A stretch of 64,000 nt of DNA from an uncultured Micrococcales bacterium. GTDB taxonomy: Bacteria > Actinomycetota > Actinomycetes > Actinomycetales > Microbacteriaceae. The translations under genes were made by a program, and so were the position numbers. The stretch is taken from contig CAIZQQ010000167.1 in NCBI GenBank assembly GCA_903935175.1, positions 2,811-66,810 on the forward strand. Direction: 5' to 3'. Every line of letters starts with the position of its first letter. The first letter of the stretch is position 1. Below the pieces are notes generated by a model. The model ran no database searches. It had not been told where the DNA came from and saw only the letters and a list, made by a program, of their open reading frames with translations. Shown here in pieces: positions 57,720-64,000 of the stretch.

Positions 57720-58363
57720 CAGTGCTGTTCGGGTAGTCCGGCGGCCTTCATGAACTCACGCGCGGCCAAAACTCGGCCGTGTGCCATGTCTGAAATCTCG
57801 ATTCCGGCCGAGGCGATGGTTCGCTTAAGCAAACCTTCGACCGCACGAAGGGTGGTGCCGCGAATCGCGGCGATTTCTTGGTTCGATCGGCCAAGCGCCA
57901 CAAGTCGCAGAATCTCGAGCTGCGACTTTGAAATGCGCGATAGCGGGTGACTGCTGCGAACATCGTCGCGAAACTTTTGGCTGTCGGTCTTGCCGATCAC
58001 GGCGGCGATTGCCTTGGTGAGCACCTCTGGGTCACGAAGATTCGACTTGCGCAGGTACGCAGAGCCTTCTGGAATCTTGCTGTCGCCGCGGCCCAAAAAG
58101 CGTGGCTCGGGCAGATTGGTGAGAAAAACGAATGCAATGTCAGGTTTGGTCTGTCGCAGAGCGTTGGCGAGGTCGAGCCCAGTAGGCCCCTGACCAAGTT
58201 CGATGTCGAGAACAGCAACGGCCGGCTCGAAGTCAGCAATCACACCACGGGCTTCTACCGCAGAAGATGCAACCTGAACCTCGAACCCTTGCGAGGTCAA
58301 TGTCTCGGCGACGAGAAGTCTGATGAAGGCTTCGTCTTCAACAACGAGAATGCGCGTTTTCAT
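57719..58363 (-). CDS. NarL/LuxR-type response regulator (paralog of 54006..54662)
   Basis: ILVVEDE, VLDIELGQGPTG, YLRK, G.SNQEIA HTH. Confidence 0.9.
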   Translation of the reverse strand: MKTRILVVEDEAFIRLLVAETLTSQGFEVQVASSAVEARGVIADFEPAVAVLDIELGQGPTGLDLANALRQTKPDIAFVFLTNLPEPRFLGRGDSKIPEGSAYLRKSNLRDPEVLTKAIAAVIGKTDSQKFRDDVRSSHPLSRISKSQLEILRLVALGRSNQEIAAIRGTTLRAVEGLLKRTIASAGIEISDMAHGRVLAAREFMKAAGLPEQH

Positions 58364-58737
58364 TTTGTCTCTATCTTGCAGGCGGGTGTTCCGCCGGGCA
58401 ATTTGTGTCGATACTTAGCCACCAAGCGGTAACCGATTCTTGAAAGCCAGCATATTGGTGGAACAACCATCAAGAAGGCAATTGCACTCAAAAACCAAAT
58501 CTTTTGCAAACGCAAGATGGCGGCGAAAGCCTCGTGACCCCCGAATGCCTGGCCGTCAACCACCATGTAAACGCGCTCCTGGGCCTGAGGCTGCAGCACT
58601 CCGTATTCGGTGGTGTCGATGAATTGCCACGGATGCGCAACAATCGGCGTCTTCGAGCGGCGAACTACGTAGTTGGCCGTGCTCGTGCAAAACCCGCAGT
58701 CACCGTCGAAGATGAGGGTTGGCGTTTGGCTCGGCAT
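58360..58737 (-). CDS. DCC1/DUF393 thiol-disulfide oxidoreductase family protein
   Basis: IFDGDCGFC and YRLVAKYRHKLPGGTPAC. Confidence 0.9.
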   Translation of the reverse strand: MPSQTPTLIFDGDCGFCTSTANYVVRRSKTPIVAHPWQFIDTTEYGVLQPQAQERVYMVVDGQAFGGHEAFAAILRLQKIWFLSAIAFLMVVPPICWLSRIGYRLVAKYRHKLPGGTPACKIETK

Positions 58738-58802
58738 GTTTCAAGCCTATCTTTGCCAGCCGATGACGACTTCGGCTGCCAGCCAACGATTAGGTTTGAA
58801 GC

Positions 58803-59561
58803 ATGAGTAAAAAGCAAGCGTTTGGCGCAGCATCCGAGTTTTCGAAGTTCGCCGCATCGAGGCGCAGCACCCGCGACTTTTCGTCGAAGCCTGTGCCGCA
58901 AGAGCTGATCGATCAAATCATCACGGATGCTCTCACCGCACCATCTTGGTCGAACACTCGCCCATTCAAGATCGCCGTTGCGCAGGGTGAGGTTCGCGAC
59001 CGAATCAGTGCAGAGTTTCTGAAGCGCTGGGCGGCGCTCTCGAAGGCTCGCACCGGCGGCCTGCTCGACAAGCTTCGTTTGGCGGTTACTCGCTACGGTT
59101 TGCCAACCAGTAACCCGGGCATGGCCAAGCCCTATGTGGCCGAATTGCGACCGCGAGCGCAGCGGGTTGGCAAAGAGCTCTACGCAATGCTCGGGGTTGA
59201 GCGCGGCGACGCCAAGGGTCGCGACGCCCAATGGGCTCGCAACTACGAGTTTTTCGGTGCCCCGGTTGAACTCTTTATATACGTGCACAAGAGTCTGGGC
59301 ATCTATGCGGCCTCTGACGCAGGCCTGATGATGCAAAACCTTTCGCTCTCAGCTCACGCCCTAGGGCTCGGAGCCTGCGCTCAGGGCGCTGTTGGAATTT
59401 GGGATGACGTCGTGCGAGACGAGTTCGACGTGCCTCGTGAGTACCGCCTGCTCTGCGGCGTTGCGATCGGCTACCCGACCGACGCAAAGGTAAACACTTT
59501 TCAAGCGCACCGCCTCGGAGTCGACGAGGTAACCCTGCCGGTCAAGAAAAATACTCTTTGA
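58803..59561 (+). CDS. Nitroreductase family protein
   Basis: RRSTRDF, APSWSNTRP, FFGAP, DAG..MQN..L.A.ALGLG.C.Q, IGYP. Confidence 0.92.
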   Translation: MSKKQAFGAASEFSKFAASRRSTRDFSSKPVPQELIDQIITDALTAPSWSNTRPFKIAVAQGEVRDRISAEFLKRWAALSKARTGGLLDKLRLAVTRYGLPTSNPGMAKPYVAELRPRAQRVGKELYAMLGVERGDAKGRDAQWARNYEFFGAPVELFIYVHKSLGIYAASDAGLMMQNLSLSAHALGLGACAQGAVGIWDDVVRDEFDVPREYRLLCGVAIGYPTDAKVNTFQAHRLGVDEVTLPVKKNTL

Positions 59562-59564
59562 CGC

Positions 59565-60209
59565 GTGTCTGTGCCACTGCCTAGGATTGGCAGAGGAATA
59601 AGGGGTGCGGTGAAAAGACGCAAAAATCTGTTCGGCTTGCCATTCGCGCCGGCAACTGCTTCTGGCAAGGTCAGAAGGCGCTTCGAGGCACTCGGTCGAG
59701 GCGACGCTAGAAAATACCAAAACGTTCAAGACTATTCGCGCACCCATGCCATTCTCGAAGCCGAGGCAATGGCCCAGTCTGGTCAACACCTGGTGAACCA
59801 GTGGATGGTGCAAGTTGTGCAGCCGATCATCGCGGGTAACGCGCGAATCGAACTGCAGATTCGTGAAGTGGATGCTGCGGCCAAGGCCCTGAGCCTGACC
59901 AAGCCGATCTCGGGTCGTCACGCAGCAAAACTAGAGCTCGCAAAGACCAAGATTTCTACCGAGTTGGCTTTTCTAGCAGCTCAGCACGAGTCGAACCTGC
60001 GGGCCATCGATTCACTCAGAATGCAGGCCGAAGAGGGTTTCGCAAGTTGGGCACGTTACTTTCAACTGCTCTGCTCGATCTATTCACGCTCTCGCACTCT
60101 CGCCGAAAAGAGCGCTACCCACAACGCTCCGGCCCAAGTGCCACAGTTTCGTTCAATCGACCTGAACCCGATTGGTTCAGACCAACCTTCACTAGAAATC
60201 AGAGGATAA
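59565..60209 (+). CDS. Hypothetical helical/coiled-coil protein
   Basis: 214-aa ORF filling the gap; amphipathic helices; no TM. Confidence 0.65.
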   Translation: MSVPLPRIGRGIRGAVKRRKNLFGLPFAPATASGKVRRRFEALGRGDARKYQNVQDYSRTHAILEAEAMAQSGQHLVNQWMVQVVQPIIAGNARIELQIREVDAAAKALSLTKPISGRHAAKLELAKTKISTELAFLAAQHESNLRAIDSLRMQAEEGFASWARYFQLLCSIYSRSRTLAEKSATHNAPAQVPQFRSIDLNPIGSDQPSLEIRG

Positions 60210-60210
60210 C

Positions 60211-61371
60211 GTGGCTCTATTTCGCAGACGTCGCAGGCTTCACGCACCGCTAATTGACTTTGGTGGCCTGCCGAACCTGGCCGACGGCATCGACGACAAC
60301 CTCTACCTCGCTTCGGCAGCTAAGGCCGCTGAGATCGACTTCAAGTCGGGCGCTTACGACAAGTTTCTATTCAGCGAAGACGGCCTGCGACGCATGCCTT
60401 ACGAAGTTGCCATCGAAAGCCACCTCGCTCTGATCAACCAGCGCCTAGCCGATGCCGGCCGACGTCAAAGCCTGCGTCGCGAGGCCGCTGTTCTAGATCT
60501 CGAGACCAAGATCTCCAAGGCCGAAGCCAAGTTGGCCCGCAACGACAAGCAGATCGAAAACATCGAGTCTCAGATTGTCTACGAAGAGAGCATTCTCTCA
60601 GGCCTCACCCAGGGCATCGACAATGCCGACTGGCGTGACCCGAAGCCCCAGTTGGCCTCGCCCCTCTCGGTGTTTATGCGCATTGCTGCACCGATCATCA
60701 CGCTTATCGTGGCATCGCTAGTTGACCTAGCCATCATTCAGGCTTCGCTCGACTCGATTCCAGGTTTCAAGTTTGTTGAAGCGTGGATGTTCACCGCACC
60801 AGCCGTGGCTATGCAGGTAGTCTTTCCACACCTCATCGGCTTGCGCCTCGGTCGCATTCTCAGAAATGCCGAAGGCAAGTTGGCCAAGGCGGTTGAGCTT
60901 TCGATTCTGCTGATTCTTTGGCTTGCCTTTGCCTTTGGTCTTACCCAACTGCGCATGAACTTCATCGTGACTCAAGCCTCAAACGGTGGCGATGGCGACA
61001 TCACCCCCGAGCTTGGTCGCTGGCTGTTGACCAGCTCGCTGCTGATGCTGGTGGCTCTGGGTGGATGGTTGATTTTCGCGGCCAGCCGACACAACCCGCA
61101 CGAGTCGAACTTTTTGAAACTCAACTTTGCACTCATGAACCGCAAGAGCGCCGAGATCAAACTTGGCGCCAAAGTAGCTGATTACTCAAATGAAATCGCC
61201 GCACTCAAGCAGGCCGAAAAGACCGCGATTCAAGCCTTCGAGGATGCTCGCGAGGCAGCCCTCAACCAACTCAAGCAGGCGGCACTCGACATCTATCGCC
61301 GCGCACTCATAAACCACACTGGAGACCCCGACTTCACATCGACTTACGCGCGCGGCGGTGACAAGAAGTGA
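60211..61371 (+). CDS. Coiled-coil / 4-TM / coiled-coil membrane protein, unknown function
   Basis: AGAGGA RBS; heptad-rich N and C regions flanking four hydrophobic helices. Confidence 0.8.
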   Translation: MALFRRRRRLHAPLIDFGGLPNLADGIDDNLYLASAAKAAEIDFKSGAYDKFLFSEDGLRRMPYEVAIESHLALINQRLADAGRRQSLRREAAVLDLETKISKAEAKLARNDKQIENIESQIVYEESILSGLTQGIDNADWRDPKPQLASPLSVFMRIAAPIITLIVASLVDLAIIQASLDSIPGFKFVEAWMFTAPAVAMQVVFPHLIGLRLGRILRNAEGKLAKAVELSILLILWLAFAFGLTQLRMNFIVTQASNGGDGDITPELGRWLLTSSLLMLVALGGWLIFAASRHNPHESNFLKLNFALMNRKSAEIKLGAKVADYSNEIAALKQAEKTAIQAFEDAREAALNQLKQAALDIYRRALINHTGDPDFTSTYARGGDKK

Positions 61372-62639
61372 CCCAGTTCAATGCGCCAGTGAAACGTGAG
61401 ACCACGCAGAAACAGAAAGTTGGATTCGCCGTTCTAGGCGGAGTTGGCGCTGTTGTTCTTGGGGTGATGGTCTACCTTTTGGCTTTCGCGCCGCTGCCAG
61501 AGGCCGAGATCAACTGCTCCCCAAAGCCAAATGTGCGCACCGAGGCTCAGGTTGAGACATCCGTGGTGGTTGCCCCGACTGCAAACTTTACCGACATCGA
61601 ACTACCGCTCGAAATTGCTAAGCAGCGTTTGGTGCCTGCCCTTTCTGACCCAACACTGGTAAACACCTTGTCGGTAGTCGTTGCCAACGATAACCCGCGC
61701 AAACTTCGCGATCTTGTCGTCGAGCAAGAGCCTGGCGAGGTTATTCAAGACTTCGAAGAAAAGCTTGAACGGACTGCTGGCGTTGTGCGCCTGGCCGTGA
61801 ACTGCGCGCTCAATCAGCCAGCCGCCGGTGTTGGCCCAGAAACCAACCTGCTGAAGGCTATCGGCGTAGCTGCCGACACCTTCTTGAACGATTCGTCGAA
61901 GAAGACCATCTATGTTTTGTCGAATGGCCTGCAGACCAGTGGCGAAATCAATATGGTCGAAGACATGCCGCAGACCGAAGCTCAGGCAATCTCGCTTGCC
62001 AAACAGCTCGAACAGTCAAACGCACTGCCAGACCTACAAGGGGCGAGTGTTGAGTGGTTCGGAATGGGTTCAATTCAAACGACTTCTAACCAGACCGCAA
62101 TCAATGAGCAAACCATCAAGGTGCTCGATGCCTTCTGGACCGAAGTAATCAAACTCAGCGGTGGAGAAATCACAAAGCGCGTAAACGAGGTTGGCTACAA
62201 AGCGCCTCCTGCTAACGCCTACCAAACCGCCGCGGTTGCTTCGCTGCCAACCTCATGCCTCATTACTCTCAACGAAGATGACGGCGTGCGCTTCAACCCG
62301 GGCGTCACCACTTTCGTGAACGCGGCGAAGGCTAAGAGCGCTGCCGAATCGGTGGTTGCCGAACTCAACGAAAACGACTGCACCGGCAGCATCAAGGTGA
62401 CTGGCTTCGTGGCGTCTGGTGTGGACAAAGATGATTACAACGACGCCGAGGTAGAAAAAGGTAAGGCGTTGAGCCTCGCTCGCGCCGAAGCATTCGCCGC
62501 TCTTATCAAGGCGGCTGGCTGGGATGGCAAGATCAAGGCCATCGGTGGCGGTAAAGGTTCGGTCGACGACTGGAACGCCGACGGTACTTTCAACGAAAAC
62601 AAGGGAAAGAGCAACCGCAAGGTTGTTATCTCGCAATAG
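61368..62639 (+). CDS. Membrane-anchored vWA-like + OmpA-C (peptidoglycan-binding) protein
   Basis: N-terminal TM; TNLLKAI...IYVLSNGLQ...LPDLQG; OmpA-like V.F...VTGF...LSLARAE...G.G...NRKVVI. Confidence 0.75.
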   Translation: MTQFNAPVKRETTQKQKVGFAVLGGVGAVVLGVMVYLLAFAPLPEAEINCSPKPNVRTEAQVETSVVVAPTANFTDIELPLEIAKQRLVPALSDPTLVNTLSVVVANDNPRKLRDLVVEQEPGEVIQDFEEKLERTAGVVRLAVNCALNQPAAGVGPETNLLKAIGVAADTFLNDSSKKTIYVLSNGLQTSGEINMVEDMPQTEAQAISLAKQLEQSNALPDLQGASVEWFGMGSIQTTSNQTAINEQTIKVLDAFWTEVIKLSGGEITKRVNEVGYKAPPANAYQTAAVASLPTSCLITLNEDDGVRFNPGVTTFVNAAKAKSAAESVVAELNENDCTGSIKVTGFVASGVDKDDYNDAEVEKGKALSLARAEAFAALIKAAGWDGKIKAIGGGKGSVDDWNADGTFNENKGKSNRKVVISQ

Positions 62640-62652
62640 CGGGGGAGAAAAC

Positions 62653-63501
62653 ATGTTCAACAAACGACCAATGCTTAGATCAAGACGAGACACCAACTCG
62701 TTCTGGGGCGACCTCTCGATGAACGAGCAGATCGACACTCGTCGTGGCTTGCGTCGCGCCGTTTCTCGCGCTTTCCTAGGCCTCATCATCGCATCCGTTT
62801 CGGTGGCTCTCGGATTCGGCGGAGCATACATTTACAACCTCGTCGACAGAGCGCCAAACGTCACCGAAGTGATCACCAAGGCCCAAGACTCGATCGTGAT
62901 TGTGAGCTGCGAAGGCGGCGAGGGTGCCGGCGTTGCTGTGAACGCGCCGGTGCCAAACAAGTACAAGACTGCAATCATCACCGCAGCGCACGTCATCATG
63001 GACTGTGATGAAAAGACGAACGTCACCGTCACCTACGAAGGCCATGATTACCAAGCACTGGTTGCTCGTAAAGACCCGAGCAAATCTTTCAAGGAGAGCG
63101 ATCTGAATTCGGTCAACGACATTGCGTTGCTCTACATGACCCACAAGATTCCTGGCTTGGATGCAGCGCCCGAAGCCAAGCTTGGTGACTGGGTCACCGT
63201 GATTGGCCACCCTTGGAGTGAGACCAACTACGCGTCATTCGGCATCATTTCGAGCATCGACGCCACCGAATACGGCACCGATGCAGCCATCAACGCTGGT
63301 AACTCAGGTGGGCCGTTGCTCGACAACAAGGGCCGTGTGCTTGGAATCGTCTCGTATAAGAACTACCGCCTGAGCGACATCCAAGATGGTGCCACCGAGG
63401 TGTATGAATTCGCCGAGGGCATGGCCTACGCGAAGCGCCTGAGCCTGTCATGCGAAACGCTGTTTTCAAACGTGGCGACCTGCCCATTTGCTGACCGCTA
63501 G
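62653..63501 (+). CDS. Membrane-anchored trypsin-like (S1) serine protease without PDZ
   Basis: GGGGGAG RBS; TM; catalytic triad TAAHV, DIALL, GNSGGP. Confidence 0.9.
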   Translation: MFNKRPMLRSRRDTNSFWGDLSMNEQIDTRRGLRRAVSRAFLGLIIASVSVALGFGGAYIYNLVDRAPNVTEVITKAQDSIVIVSCEGGEGAGVAVNAPVPNKYKTAIITAAHVIMDCDEKTNVTVTYEGHDYQALVARKDPSKSFKESDLNSVNDIALLYMTHKIPGLDAAPEAKLGDWVTVIGHPWSETNYASFGIISSIDATEYGTDAAINAGNSGGPLLDNKGRVLGIVSYKNYRLSDIQDGATEVYEFAEGMAYAKRLSLSCETLFSNVATCPFADR

Positions 63502-63511
63502 GCTGGCGAAC

Positions 63512-63841
63512 GTGAAATTTCTTATCTCTGTGATCGACGACTTGAGCAACTCGGGTACACCCGAAGAAATGGTCGCCATCGACGCGTTCAACGACATGCT
63601 GCGTGAAAAGGGTCACTGGATCTTCGCCGGCGGAATGATGCCTCCCGAGACCGCGACTGTTATCGACAACCGTGCCGATGCAAACCTGCACACCGACGGG
63701 CCACTGATTCCATTCAAGGAGCAGTTCAGTGGGTTCTGGATCGTTCAGGCCGACAGCCTCGAGGTGGCGCGCGAGTTGGCGTTCGGCGGCTCTAAGGCCT
63801 GCAACCGCAAGGTCGAGCTACGTCAGTTTTACGGCAACTAG
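63512..63841 (+). CDS. YciI family protein
   Basis: F.GG...ATVID...TDGP...KE..GFWI...VELR. Confidence 0.88.
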   Translation: MKFLISVIDDLSNSGTPEEMVAIDAFNDMLREKGHWIFAGGMMPPETATVIDNRADANLHTDGPLIPFKEQFSGFWIVQADSLEVARELAFGGSKACNRKVELRQFYGN

Positions 63842-63926
63842 ATAGTTCCAACATCCAAGCCGGCTAGAACCTCGAGCTTGGTCCGGTGGGAGTTCTAAAC
63901 ACTGACTAAGCGATAAACCGCAAATG

Positions 63927-63959
63927 AAAAAGGACCCGGCTAATTGCTGGGTCCTTTTT
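63927..63959. terminator. Bidirectional terminator between yciI and the tRNA
   Basis: AAAAAGGACCCGGC-TAATT-GCTGGGTCCTTTTT. Confidence 0.85.
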
Positions 63960-63963
63960 GCAG

Positions 63964-64000
63964 TGGAGGAAGCGGTGGGATTTGAACCCACGGTAGCTAT
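63964..64000 (-). tRNA. tRNA 3' portion (probably tRNA-Ser; anticodon outside window)
   Basis: Minus strand GTGGG-TTCAAAT-CCCAC T-arm, acceptor strand CGCTTCC, discriminator T, encoded CCA. Confidence 0.85.

Noticed and set aside
60211-62639. Calling the pair Zorya ZorAB or MotAB
   Set aside because: No recognisable MotA domain, no Asp in the TM of the OmpA-domain protein, and no ZorC/D/E or flagellar genes.
59565-64000. tRNA-anchored integrative element or prophage
   Set aside because: No integrase or phage gene, and I saw no second copy of the tRNA 3' end (att repeat) in the window.

Overview
Chromosomal segment of a streamlined, moderately GC-rich actinobacterium. Gene content (DUF3073, actinorhodopsin, actinobacterial-type PHO boxes) points to a freshwater Microbacteriaceae of the Rhodoluna/Aquiluna type; this is inference. 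In order, it holds: crcB (partial), purM/purF/purD/purC, an OmpR-family two-component pair, a ynbAB-like lipid operon, ptsH/ptsI, cysK/cysE, a ~13 kb surface-polymer cluster (Stealth, TagF-like, WbpA-like, glycosyltransferases), pstCAB-pstS plus a degenerate PstS-like lipoprotein, a DTE-type actinorhodopsin, rlmN, a probable beta-1,3-glucan locus (stand-alone CBM-like protein, two GH16, one GH13_18 phosphorylase), two paralogous sensor/regulator pairs flanking a P450, an uncharacterised coiled-coil/4TM/vWA-OmpA/trypsin operon, and the 3' part of a tRNA. No CRISPR array, IS element, integrase or rRNA was seen. The best candidates for undescribed biology are: the 59.6-63.5 kb envelope operon; a promoter architecture shared by the rhodopsin and glucan-binding genes; the oppositely charged PstS/pseudo-PstS pair; and an intergenic structured RNA at 47.06-47.16 kb. 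All family calls come from motif recognition by eye, not from database searches.
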